From Selaginella moellendorffii (Eukaryota > Plantae > Lycopodiophyta): 64,000 bases of DNA. The translations under genes were made by a program, and so were the position numbers. Each line of letters begins with the position of its first letter. Positions within the stretch are counted from its first letter, which is position 1. Positions 8,985 to 21,200 of the stretch are shown here, in pieces. The notes beneath the pieces are model-generated. The model saw nothing but the letters and a program-made list of their open reading frames with translations. It was not told the DNA's origin and did not search any database. Location of the stretch: the NCBI RefSeq assembly GCF_000143415.4, contig NW_003314306.1, positions 62,001-126,000 of the forward strand. The letters are read 5' to 3'.

Positions 8985-11703
8985 TTAGGATGCGACCATT
9001 GGATCATTTGCTTCTTCTTGTTTAAATCCGTGCCTGTATATGTCATAGTTATTGCGGCTTCCCTGCGCGAATGGACGCTCGCCAAGCACTGCTAAGAGGT
9101 CCTCCTGCCGCAGGACCTCTTTCTCAAGCAGCAGCTCCGCGATCTTGGCAACCCCGTCCCTGTGCTTGTCAATCAGTGCTCGGGTGCGAGCGTAGGCATC
9201 ATTCACTATCGCCCTCGCCTCCTCGTCCATGAGTTTGCTCGTATTGTTGCTAAAAGGCTTGAGCAGCTCCGTCTGTGACTTGCGGGGAAAGGAGACAAGC
9301 CCAACTTTGTCGCTGAATCCATACTCGGCCACCTGCGCGTAGGCCATCAGCGTGACTTTCTCCAGATCGTTCTGCGCACCCGTGGTGATCCTTCCCAGCA
9401 GAACCTGGAGAGAGAAACATCAGGACCTTTTTCCTCCAAGTTTGTTCTTACCTCCTCCGCTGCTCGCCCTCCAAGAGCCATACAGATTATGTCATTGAAT
9501 TGCTGCTTGGTCATGAGTAAGTCCTCGTTGGGAACGTATTGCGCAAAGCCCAGCGCCGCACTCCCTCGTGGAACTATTGTAACTTTGAGTAGCGGCTCCG
9601 CGTGCTCTAAGAACCACCCGGCGACGGCATGACCAGCTTCGTGGTAAGCAACAGTCCTCCGTTCGTCCTTGCTAACTACCTGTGTTGAAACTGTGTTATC
9701 TCGCGAGAAAACTTTGACAAGAAAACCCGTAGTACGTACCCTGTTCTTTCGCTCGATGCCGGCAATAACTCTGTCGACTCCTGCTTCGAGCTCCTTCATG
9801 GAAATCTCTGACTTCTCACGCCTTGCAGCTATGAGAGCAGCTTCATTGCACACGCTGGCAATCTCCGCCCCAGCAAAGCCGTGTGTGAGACCAGCAACTC
9901 GTTGTGAGTAAAACTGAGGCTCCTTGTCCAGCTTCAGTTTCTTGAGATGCACCCGAAGTATCTGTTCTCGTCCTCGCACATCCGGCCTGTCTAAAGCAAT
10001 CTGACGATCAAAGCGTCCAGGCCTGAGCAACGCCTTGTCGAGAATATCTGGCCTGTTTGTCCCAGCGAGTATGACTACTCCTTCTGTAGTTGCAAAGCCG
10101 TCCATTTCAACCAGGAGCTGGTTGAGGGTGTTTTCACGTTCATCGTTTGACCCAAGACCAGCACCTCTTGCGCGGCCGATGGCATCGATCTCGTCAATAA
10201 AGATGATGCTCGGGGCTTCCCGACGAGCTTGAGCAAAGAGGTCTCTGACTCGAGAAGGTCCAACCCCGACGAACATCTCTGTAAAGTCAGAACCGGAGAT
10301 CGAAAGAAATGGCACACCGGCTTCACCTGCAGTAGCCTTTGCTAGCAGCGTTTTGCCGGTGCCAGGAGGTCCGACCAAGAGAGCACCTTTGGGGATTCTC
10401 GCACCGAGGTCGAGGTACTTTTTGGGACTCTTCAAAAAGTGAACGAACTCCATCACTTCTGCTTTGGCTTCGTCGCATCCGGCTACGTCCGCGAACATGA
10501 CCTGCATAGTTAAAATGCAAAGTCAGTAAGCTCTCCAAGAGTAAAACAATATACTACCATGCCTTATCTTTGACGCCTGGATCCATCCTTGCCACCTGAG
10601 CCTTTCCCATGGTAAAAATGCTGCGACCACCATTGCTATCCGTCCCCTGCCCAGTGCCAGCTCTCTTCCATTTCCAGACGGAAAATCCAACCCACGCAAA
10701 GAGGAAGAGAATCGGTGCCATGTTCGTAAGCTCTCGCCGCCAATTCAACTCGGTTTGATACATGACTGGGACGTAATCGTGCGAGTCCCACCCGAGGCTG
10801 GCTTGCGCCCTCTCCAGTTGCTGCTCGAAACCATCAGCACTGCCGATTCGAAAAAAGTGTCGGCAATGACTCTGAGTGTCGTCACTAGAAGCTGGGTCCC
10901 GAACAAAAACGCGGACCAAGCTCCTGTTAACCACGACAACATGGTCTACGAGACACTGCTCCAAGAGCTCAGATCGGAATTGATGGTAAGTAATCTGGAA
11001 AGAAAAAGTGTATGCTGTGAGAAACGAAGAGAAGAAAATGGAGAAGGAGAAAAGAACCTCCGAGACATCTTCACTTCTAGAAACGGTATAGAGGTTCCAC
11101 AACGCCGCCACTGATAAGCCGACAGCAACCAAGGATACAATTCTTGTTCTGAGATCTCCGAGATCCCGTGCTCGGGGTTTCGATTTTCCTGGAAGAAAGG
11201 CAAAACGTAAGTTCTCCAGAGTAGACGTTTGATACCTTGGTTTGACTTCTCCTCGGGACCATCTTTTGGAACCTTGTTCTTTGGATAGAAGTTACTGAAG
11301 CCTGGAAAAACAAAGTATTAACGCTATTGCTAACAATTAATTTCATCTTTCTCAATTCCAACCTCTTTCCGATGCTTTACTCGAATAGAATTGCCGAGTG
11401 CCGAGATTGCTACCTTGGTATCGCTGTTGTTTGTGCGCTCCTCTCAAATCACGGCCGCGCCGTAATCCGCACGCGCCGCCGCTGCCAATCCAGCTTCCGA
11501 AAGACCACTGCGTCGGGATAGGATCAAAACCCAGCCGGTGCTCTAGAATGCTGCCGAGACACGGATTATCCACCAGAATGCCGCGATTCTCCCTGAATGC
11601 CTGGCCGGAGGAGAGGGAAATGAGATCGAGAATGGCTGCGCCGCGCGAGACTTACCGAGAGGATTCGTTTTCTTGCGAGGAGCGCGGCCAGCTGCCGAGA
11701 CAT
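8985..11703 (-). CDS. Mitochondrial m-AAA protease, FtsH3/FtsH10 (AFG3-like), multi-exon
   Basis: Walker A GPPGTGKT, Walker [32 protein letters not shown], zinc motif HEAGH, two TM segments with an FtsH_ext-like region. Probable start [16 protein letters not shown] (11703) resembles a mitochondrial presequence. Confidence 0.93.
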
Positions 11704-11879
11704 CAAAAACCTCTGCCAATCGACGAGCCCTAAAAAAGTGGTCGCAAGGTCGAAACCCTGGCTCGGAAAAAAAAAAAGAGAATCTTAAAACAGCATATTC
11801 TGTCGGCTATAAGAATATTCTCATTTTAAACTGTTCGAATTTAGGGTTCTTCATTTTTTTCTTGTTTGGGTGTGGCGAG

Positions 11880-13740
11880 ATGGGGAAGAAGATGACGACG
11901 GAGCAATGCCTCGCGTATTTGCAGAGGAAATCCGCCACGAATGGAGATTCTGTGTTTTCGCATCTCGCACAACTGATCCAACTGGTAAGTAAAGCTCGGG
12001 CGGATCGATTTTGCCCCAATTCTTTTTCTCTGTTTTGTAGATCGTTGTGACGCAGCCAGAGAATGCCGTGGACATTTTAGAGACGAGCTTGCTGCTCAAG
12101 CAGACTCGATTCGTCCCCGAGGAAGGCCCCAAAGTCCCTCGCTCGTGGAAGGATGACAAAGACGAGAAGTTTGTCAAGCAGTTTATCGGCCTCCAGAGGT
12201 ATTTCCACTGCTAGTCTACGGGGAAAATAACTTGCAAAGAACTTTTCCATTGGTGAGCTCATCGTTTCTTCCTTTGTTCCAGTGCTTGTTTGCAAGGTCT
12301 AAAGTTTGTTCTTTTGCTCTTGTTTTTCTTTCATAGCATTCCCGAAAAGAAGCCTCCCCCAGCGGCTGTCGATCCCGAGTCCGAGGAGCCTCCTCCAGAA
12401 GAGAAGCCGGAGGAGGAAGAAGGAGAAGGCCCCGAATACGCAGTGGACAACTTCCTCTCGGACAGTGCGTTTTTCGAGGCGATCGGATCCGGGCTGGGCC
12501 GAGCGGAAAACTACCAAATTGTTTTGACGATGCGGCAGCTGGGAGGCACCAAGATCGTCTCGAAAATGAAGTTCTTTGGCAAGTTCTTCGGCATCAACAG
12601 GTAAAGCTTACGAGCAATCTTTTCCGGATTGAACTATTTTGTGTCTAGCAATTATTTCGTGTTTGAGACGACGAGCGAACCAGCGGCAGAGCCAGAAGGT
12701 GGTGGCGAGGAAGGAGAAGAGGGTGCTAAGAAGGGGCCGTGGGGAAGGCCAGTGGAAACCATTCCAGTGGAAGCAGGCATTGGACCAAACGCAAATACGT
12801 ACTGGGTTTGCAGCCGGCCAGGCGACGAACTCTACAGGCTTCCAGACGTGACACCACTCCAGATCAAAACCGCGAGGCAGATAAAGAAGTTTTTCACCGG
12901 AAACTTGAAGGTGCACTCTTTTTTTTTGCTTTTCCTTCTCACCTCTATAAACTCTCTTCTCAAGTAATCTGACCAGGCTGAAGTTTCGGCATATCCACCG
13001 TTTCCTGGAGTCGAAGAGAATTATTTGCGCGCACAGATTGCACGGATATCAGCCACTTGCGAGATTGCTCCCAAAGGTTTTTACAAGGTGAGCTTCAAAA
13101 GCATGGCTTGCATTCTAATGCTCTATTCTTTTTCTCGTTTCTCCATCAGGCTCCAGAAGAAGGTGAAGAAGGTGGCGAAGGAGGGCCACTGGAGCCCGAC
13201 GAGGAGTATCAACCTCTTGCCACGGCCGAGCTCCAGTCGCTAGAAAACTGGGTACACAAGAACAAGTACCTCAACTTACAAGGCCGGACAACACTCTTCG
13301 TCCCGGAAAAGGAAGAGGGGGAGGAGGCCGAGGAAGAAGAAGGCGAGGAGAAGGAAGAGCAGCCACCGAGCCCCGAGGAGCTGGAAGAGATCCCGGGAGC
13401 TCTCACCTCCATCGACACAGACAAAGATCTCCCGCAGCAAGGCTGGAAGCCGTGGTCTCTCATCACCAGCTCGACGCACAAGAGCCTCAAACACCAAGTT
13501 CTCGGTTTGAGGTCGGCAATCTGGCCGGGTGCCTGTACCGTGGTCACTCCAGCCGGGTTTAGCAGCGTCTACATCGGCTGGGGGATGAAACACACGCCTT
13601 TCGTGGCACCGCTACCGCCTCCAGTGTTGAAAGAGTTTGAGGGGCTCACGCCGGAGAGCTTGGAGCTCCCGCCCATACCAAAGCCGCCAGAGCCCGAGGC
13701 TGGAGAAGGCGAGGAAGGTGGCGAAGGCGAAGAAGAATAA
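11880..13740 (+). CDS. Flagellar radial spoke head protein RSP4/6 (RSPH4/6 family), multi-exon
   Basis: Segments AYLQ..SVFSHL, FFGKFFG, GANTYWVC-like [56 protein letters not shown] and VYIGWG, with Glu-rich linkers, as in RSP4/6 proteins. Confidence 0.9.
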
Positions 13741-13877
13741 TAATTTCTCTAAGCAAGCATTCCAACATGAGTATTACGTGTTAGAAAAGGATATTTTGAA
13801 GGAATATTTAACATGAGAGAGAACTAAGACCTTAAGAAAAGGACTGGTCACCATCATAGAAAAGACCTAATCCTATT

Positions 13878-14399
13878 ATGGCGAGAACATTAGTATTGGA
13901 TCTTGATAACACGCTAGTCTGCGTGTCTGACCACGACGATGACAATCTCCTCCAGTGCGTGACGAAGCGACCGGGTTTGGACAAGTTCCTGAGAGATATG
14001 TCACAGGTTTACGAGGTCGTGGTCTTCAGTGCCTCGGGCGCATCGTATGTGACGAAGATTGTAAGCAGCTTGGATCCCAGCGGAGAATTAGTGTCCGCCA
14101 TCTCCACCGGGAGCGATAAAGATTGGGTGAGCGGCCAAGTGGTGAAGGATTTGAGGAAACTGAAAAGGGAGCAAGATAGTCTCATGGTGTGGATCGATGA
14201 CAACGCGAGCTTGTATCTCTACCATCCCAAGAGTGGGATCCAAGTCCCGCCCTTCCATGGCGATCCCAATGACTCCATCCTCGAGGCCTTGACTCCGCTG
14301 CTACTCAAGGTGGCATCGAGCCAAATCAGTATAGAGGATGCAAACAAGATGTTTGTTTCGAGTGTTAAACAACATAAACAAACTCCCAGATACTGGTGA
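13878..14399 (+). CDS. FCP1/SCP-like (NIF) HAD phosphatase, intronless, 173 aa
   Basis: TLVLDLDNTL (DxDxT), KRPGLDKFL, EVVVFSA, KDL and WIDDN motifs. Confidence 0.85.
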   Translation: MARTLVLDLDNTLVCVSDHDDDNLLQCVTKRPGLDKFLRDMSQVYEVVVFSASGASYVTKIVSSLDPSGELVSAISTGSDKDWVSGQVVKDLRKLKREQDSLMVWIDDNASLYLYHPKSGIQVPPFHGDPNDSILEALTPLLLKVASSQISIEDANKMFVSSVKQHKQTPRYW

Positions 14400-14589
14400 A
14401 ATTTTGCAAAATACCATTTTTGTTCGATTATATTACATTTGAATCGTTAAATCCTCTGCACATTCTACAAACTTTTTTGGCACTCCAAGATGTTTCTATG
14501 AAAGCTTTGGGATCAAAGTCAAAAACTTTGAGAGAAAGAAAACCAAACAAAGCCAAACTTTTCAAACTTCGTCATAATCGTTTCTGCTC

Positions 14590-16530
14590 TCAATCCACCA
14601 CCACCATGTCCTCGTAGATCCTGTCCGAGATGGCACTCCGGAGGATGAGCATGGGATCGATAGCCCCGCTGTTCTCCAGGAACATCTTGAGTATGTTCTT
14701 GGAGAAGCCCGAGACGAGCGCCACGCCAGGCTCGTCCTTGAGCACCGGGACGCTCTCCGAGTCCCTCAAGTTCCAGAAGACAATCTGCGGCGGCTCCTCG
14801 TACCCGGCCTCCTTGAACTTGCGCTTGATCGCCATATGATCCGTCTCCCAACCTGGCGCCTGTTCGCCACCCCACCAATCCGGCCGAGGATTGTACACGC
14901 CGCCGTAGTGTTTCCCCCTGGCCTCGTCAAACTCCATGTCGCTGTAGACGAAGAGCCTCTTCACCATCTTCTCCGGCGGGACGTTAAACTCGCGGGCTCG
15001 CTCCAGGATCCGATCAAACACCTTCTGGAAGTCGGTGTTCATGTCCCACGGCATCCTCGTCGTGAACTCGTACTTCTCCGCCAGCGTCTCGCCCCGGATC
15101 TCGTGGAAGGCCGGCTCGTCGCTGAAAGTTATCAGCCGACCCTTCCACGGCTCGTCGCTCAGCTCCGCCGTGATCATCCCCAGCGCGATGCAAACCTCCA
15201 TCGGCGTCCCGGTCATACTCCCGGACACGTCGCAGACGGACACCGAGTTCTCCAGGGTCCCCTTCCGCCGCAGCTCGTCCACCATCGCCCTCCACTGCAG
15301 CTCCGCCGCGTCTCTCTCCGCGCCATCCTTGGTGACAGCAGCGCGGAGGATCTCGTGCGGGAGAACCGCCCCGGCCGCGATCTTTTCCTTGCCGGACTTG
15401 ACGTCCTCGAGGTACTGCTTGAACCGCTCCTCGTCGTGCTTGGTGAAGATCTTCGAGTACGTCTTCATCGCCACCGACGCCACCCGGTTGTATGGCAGCT
15501 CGTCCCACCTCTGCGCGCTCATGTACACCTCCGGGAGCTCCAGCGCCTTGCGCAGTGGAACCAGAACCTCCTTGCGCAGCTTGTCGCGAGCTCGGTACGC
15601 GTACTGCCTCTGGTCCAGCTCCGCGAACTCGGAGGTGCTGTTCTTCGGGAAGAGCTTGCACGCGATCGCCTCGCACAGCAGTGTCTGCTTGTCATAGGCG
15701 GAGTCGAGAGATGGACACCACTTCGCCGCGAGACTGATCCTCGCATTGTTCTTGTGCTGCTTGTACGCCTCCAGATCCTTGGCGAGCGCGTCGGCGAAGA
15801 CGCGAGCAACGCCGGCGTACACCGCTGCAAACTCGGGATCCTTGGCGAGCCTGTCGATCGCGCGGCGAGCCAGCGCCAGCGATCTCTCCTTGCGCAGCTC
15901 GGAAGCCTGTTGCTTCTCGGCCTTGTCCTTGGCGATGCTCGCCGCTACTCGCTCCTCCCGGTCGCCTTGCGTAGCGATCCTTGCTCTGTCCGTGATCCTT
16001 GCGCATCTGTCCCGGCCGCTCCGGCGGATCCTCGAGCGCCACCGCCGATCACGTCTCTTGTTCTTCCACTCCTCCTTCTCGCGCATCCTCTGCGCCGTCA
16101 CCACCTCGCCTTCCAGGATCCGCTGGACGAGCTCCAGGAGATCCTTGAAGTAGCCGACCGGGGCGACCTTGGCGATGTTGGCGGCCAGCGTCCGGGGGTG
16201 GTGATCGTAGAGCCAGCATGCAGCGTCATAGAAGTGGAGCTTGTCCGATTTGCCGCTGCCACGGATCCCCCGGAGCTGGAAGATGAGCTTGAGAGTCGTC
16301 AAGGGATCTTCTTTCCAGGCCATGGTGGCCAGCTCCTTGACGCGCGAGGAATCGGTGGTGTCGGGGACGATGTGGAAGAAGAAATCGAGGCAGGCCGAGC
16401 CGGATGCGAGGTAAGTGTCGGCGAGATTCTCGGTGAGGCCCTTGAGTGGGAGAGGATCGATCGCCATACCTTGGAGGGCGAGCTCCGGCGGGCCGCAGAT
16501 CGTGAGTACTTCCTCGTTGATCAACGCCAT
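14590..16530 (-). CDS. DUF2828-family protein with C-terminal vWA-like domain, intronless, 646 aa
   Basis: TEN..T..SGSACLDFFF, LRGIRGSGK, SLAAKWCPS, YNRVASVAM, CDVSGSM (MIDAS-like), SDMEFD, IVFWNLR and LVSGFS. Confidence 0.9.
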   Translation of the reverse strand: MALINEEVLTICGPPELALQGMAIDPLPLKGLTENLADTYLASGSACLDFFFHIVPDTTDSSRVKELATMAWKEDPLTTLKLIFQLRGIRGSGKSDKLHFYDAACWLYDHHPRTLAANIAKVAPVGYFKDLLELVQRILEGEVVTAQRMREKEEWKNKRRDRRWRSRIRRSGRDRCARITDRARIATQGDREERVAASIAKDKAEKQQASELRKERSLALARRAIDRLAKDPEFAAVYAGVARVFADALAKDLEAYKQHKNNARISLAAKWCPSLDSAYDKQTLLCEAIACKLFPKNSTSEFAELDQRQYAYRARDKLRKEVLVPLRKALELPEVYMSAQRWDELPYNRVASVAMKTYSKIFTKHDEERFKQYLEDVKSGKEKIAAGAVLPHEILRAAVTKDGAERDAAELQWRAMVDELRRKGTLENSVSVCDVSGSMTGTPMEVCIALGMITAELSDEPWKGRLITFSDEPAFHEIRGETLAEKYEFTTRMPWDMNTDFQKVFDRILERAREFNVPPEKMVKRLFVYSDMEFDEARGKHYGGVYNPRPDWWGGEQAPGWETDHMAIKRKFKEAGYEEPPQIVFWNLRDSESVPVLKDEPGVALVSGFSKNILKMFLENSGAIDPMLILRSAISDRIYEDMVVVD

Positions 16531-17102
16531 GGAAGAAAAGGATCCCTAAACGAGGACCCCTGGCCGCTATTTAACCGTACTCGCGCCTTGGGAGCCAAGT
16601 AAACGCTTTGCTTAAATTAACTCCGGGTTTAATGGGTTCGCTCGCTACGTGTTTGAAATGCAAAAAACCAAGCACGCGGCTGGATTTGACAAGCACAAAA
16701 CTCAAAGAAATTCTTATTTTCGGAATGGTGCTCACGACGATGGATTTGGACTGACTGGAATTGCTATAAGATTTGGAATGAACGTTTTCAAGTTGGAAAC
16801 GAGGTTACCATGTCTGGCAAATCCCAAGTAGACACACAAGGGTGGAAATTGGAAGCCCAAGACGCATTTAGTCAGGCCCTTGGCACCACCACATGTAGCA
16901 GCAAGTGCCAGGCATGAGCATTTTGTAGGAAGTGTTTTTCGCTACTTGGAGATGGTCCAAGAGTGTGTTCTTCCAGACAGAAAAAAACTTCTCTTTCCAT
17001 TTTGTTTTGGAGATTTTAGCTAAATTTTCAAAAGACTTTACGGCTGTTTTTATGCTGTAAAGCATTCCAATTGGCACTAGTATGTATCTATGATATCAAG
17101 AG

Positions 17103-17530
17103 GCTATGGTGTGCAAAATTTTCTCACTGCAGGAGGAAAGCTTTGAGATTAGTTAGCATTGAGAGCGTCTTGATGTTCATCCAAATGGAGCTGTGTGAGA
17201 CGAATCATTCATTCATTCATAAACTGCTTATAACTGGAGGATGTAAATAGCTGTGGTAGAGTGGCAGAACTCCTCCAGAGCCTTGCATTGACATTCATGG
17301 GGAAGATGCTAACTGAGCAATTGTAGCATGGCAGTGCTATGAAGCACCTACATTTGCATGGCATCAGTCACCTGGACATGAAGGCCACATTGGCAAAGGC
17401 GTCTATAGGATACTAGATGGAACCATGTTCATCTTGTGCTAGAAAAAAACTAGAGACTGAATGGGTGGCATTGTCAGACCTGCAAAGTCTATGCACTATT
17501 GCAAAGAGCTTGTGCATCAGGGAGATGGTC
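17103..17530 (+). pseudogene. Degraded protein kinase fragment
   Basis: Short in-order pieces with stops and frameshifts: AMVCKIF (17103), LMFIQMELCE (17170), AMKHLHLHGISHLDMK (about 17336-17383). Confidence 0.6.
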
Positions 17531-18252
17531 TAAATTTGAGTTGAGTTTAGGAGTTTGAGCTTAATTCAGCTTAAGTCAATGTTAGTTAATATAGTTAACC
17601 ATAAGTCTTATAAAGAAATGTTATATAAGAAAGATGTTATTCTTTGGTGAACTTGAAATTCATTTTTTTAATTGTCAATGGTTTAGAGAAATTTTTATTT
17701 TTTGAATCTATCATGGAGAAAACTTTTTAATGCGATCTATACAATAAAATATTGATTGAGTAGTTTCTAGAATTAGAAGTTTATCCAAACCCATAGAATT
17801 TTTTGGGTTTTTTTGGTTCCAAATAAAAATGGGAATATTGAGAACCTGAAATTTCTATAGTATATTTTGATAATTTAACATTTCAAAAATTGACTATAAA
17901 TATATAAATAATTCGAAACACTAATTCACTCATTCATTATTTAGGGTTTTACAAAGATAGGAATCAAATAAGACAAAAGCTCTAGGAGTAATTCTAGTAT
18001 ACAAAAATGTGAGAATGTTAATTTTGTTTCACTACCACAATCTCTATATTACACTTTTAGTTTTTATTATTCATTTGGGAATATAAAAATTATTATCACT
18101 ATTGATAGAAATACTTCTATTACTTTTGAAACAACAGTCTAGAGTAAAAAAAAAGAAAAAATGGATAGCATAGCAGAAAGCACTAACAAATCCACTTCAT
18201 AAAACTTTCTATAGCTTTTGTAATCTACTAAAATATTATAAAGATAAGTAAA

Positions 18253-21200
18253 TGTCGCGAATATGACTTCGGGTATTGAAAGTTATCTGTTGGTTAGTCT
18301 TTTCGGATATTCTTTCCTTACTATCACGACGGTAGAAGGTGGGTATTGCTGGACCCGTTATCAATTCCCACTTGAGCTAGTTGAGAAACTGGTCAATAAA
18401 CATGCACTTAAATTGGATAAACATAAAATTAGGAACCCTATGTGTTTTTTGTAGAGCATACTCAGCTTGGTTTGAGAAACTTGTGTTATTGGCTTCCACT
18501 TGTTAGTATCAAGAACTCTTGCGATATTAAGATTAGTCCCTCAATATTCACTAAATGATAGCTTACCGTGTCTACCAAACACCTTCACTATCATGCCCTT
18601 TGTGTTAGTTTCATTTCGGTCCCAAATGTTATTTATGGAAAGTGTTTAGATTTGCTCATTTGATACATTTACAGAATGTAAAGATTGTCTTGAACACAAT
18701 AGTGTTCGTTCTGTGTCCAAATTCACAATCTAAAGACATTCCATATTTAGTAAGTTTCAAACTTGTCCCAAAAACTAACTCTTGACACTAAGGGAGGCTT
18801 GCAAAACATGTGTTCCTCACGGGAGGGGGGTTGTGGGGGGTTCCAAATGTATAATAGGGATAGTGGGTTGATCGGGCATGGCCGACCAACTTGAGGCATA
18901 GTCTAGCTTCCGCTTGTGTGCCTGTCCTTGTTTTGCATCCGGCTTGGGTCTAAGCCTGAGTTCCATTCCATGCTAACTGGTGGAGTACCTATATCCTTAC
19001 GTTAGGCCATTGATATGCTGAAATAGCGCCAGACTTCGTTTAGCTTCGTTTTGCATGTTAATCCTGGCATTGGGATGTTGGTTGCTCTAAGATTGATCCA
19101 AGTTGCTTGGAGCTTCTATTCCTTTGCTCCTTAAGCTGTATGCTCGGGAGTTGCTCCATGGTTTGGTTCCGTCATTCTTTGGCTCCATGCTTGGGAGTTT
19201 GGCACCGTTCCTTCGTTCAATGGCTCAAAGCCTTGAACTTCAGGTTCCACACCACTATCCTATGGACAGATGGCATATAGGTTTTGCTTCGTGGTTTTAT
19301 CCTATAGTAAATCACCATAGGATAAAGGGTAAAAACTAAGTGCGCTACATTTGGTATCAGAGAATACGTCTCAATGAGTACTATTCAATGAGATTGGGCA
19401 ATTAGGCTCGTTGCATACACAGAGATGAAAATGATGATCCAAGTGGATACACGTTTGGGTGCAAAGGCTTCACAATTGTTCATTGAGTATGGATTTGATT
19501 ACCTTGTTGAACCTTATGATGTGAGCTAGCTCTTGGGCTTATAGGATGGATTTGAGATGTTCTGTTTGCACGAGTTTGCGCTTGGGCTCGTGAGTGAGGC
19601 ACATTAACAACTCAAGGTTACACTTTGAGTTGGCAGGATTAATGTTAGCATATCAGTAGTTCCATGAGTTCCATGTACCATGGGTGAAAGTAAACTTTCC
19701 TTGGGTTTGCTATAAGTGGCAAATAAGCTGGTCCGTTGCTGTTTAGCACGACACTAGTGGATCCTTCTTAAGCATGATTACAAGTGAATCAATCAAGACT
19801 GTAAGGATTAGTCTATTGGTTCAAGTAGTCATTGCTGTGCTCTCTCATAAACTTTTCTTGGATTAGACTGAAGGCAGTGCAAAAACAAGTTTGAGGTTTG
19901 GTCAAAGTAGAGACCGAAAAGAGAGTTGTTAGGGACAAAAGATCAAATACGTAAATCATTTTTTCTTTTTGGAGAAATGATTTGCAACGAGGTGTGATTT
20001 ATTGCTCATATTCACAGTATGCAATCAAGAGTCTCTATCTTAATGCATGTTGGTTATGATAGTCTTACAAATAATAAGTTATGGGATGAATAGTAATGAA
20101 GCGCTAAACCATCTTGTCTAGGTTTGCTATTGAAGACTTGGGTTGCAATGTTCAATTCTTTTTAGGGGAACTTTGCTATTGCTCTTAAGTAGTTGGTGTT
20201 GGATTAGTGTTGAGTTTGGTTGGAAAGAGAGTGGCATGAGCTTGTTCATGTTGTGAACAAAAGTTAGTGGTGTTAGGTGTTGTAAATCTCTATCGGTGGA
20301 ATGTGGCATTTATATTATATTTTATCAAATCGATTTGGCACTTGATACTCATATAAACTTTTGTAGTAATGATATGAGCATTACTCATGGTGTTGCTCAA
20401 TTGATGATCAAATTATTGTGATTTCTATTTCATATCTATGTGATCATGAGTTGCGTTTAGTTCATAGTGTTAGATTTCATTGAGTCTTGAATGTAGTGAG
20501 TCACTCTTTGATGAAGTGTTATCTATAACTAAATATTATTGAAGGATTGGTCTCAGATACTAATTAAAGTATCTTCGACTTTAGTTAGCTTAGTTGCTAA
20601 AGAATTTTGGGTGGTGATTCACCTTTGCTTTCTTCTAGCTTTATTTTGGTGTTGATGGTATTGAAGTGATGTTTTGTCGTTGACATTGTTGATGTTGAGA
20701 TTCAAGTGAAATGATATATGATCCATAGGATTGATATTGAGTTTCATTAGTCTCGATGAAGATAATGTTGATGATTTAACTATAGCTTTGTGTTAATAAC
20801 ATTCATGCACTTGCTAGTTAGCAACTGTATTGACGTTCAAATGAATTGAGTGGCAAATTTGAGTTAATTGTGTTCTAGACGAGATTGTTTAGTAGGGGTT
20901 AAACTTTGAGTTTTTCCTTGAAAAATGATTTAGTTGTGAAGACAATGCTTACCTCTATAATAGGAAGAGTTAGTGATTGGTATTGAAGTGATTGAATCCT
21001 TATTGGATTTCAGTTGGGATATATCAATCATTGATGATTTTTCTTTTGCTTGTTATGAAGTGAGTTATGTTTTGCTAAAGATGGATTCATGGAGGATTGG
21101 TTTGATGATCACTTATTGAACATAACTTTGTTATGTTTGGTTTTTGAATTTATGCAAACATGCTCTTCATTAGCTTTGCATTATGAAGTTTAGCTTATGG

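Noticed and set aside
8985-14399. FtsH, RSP4/6 and the phosphatase as members of the terpenoid cluster
   Set aside because: Their functions are unrelated to terpenoid metabolism; they mark the right boundary of the cluster.
14836-16602. 588-aa plus-strand ORF (and the 299-aa minus ORF 29831-30730)
   Set aside because: Antisense in-register shadows of the GC3-rich DUF2828 genes.
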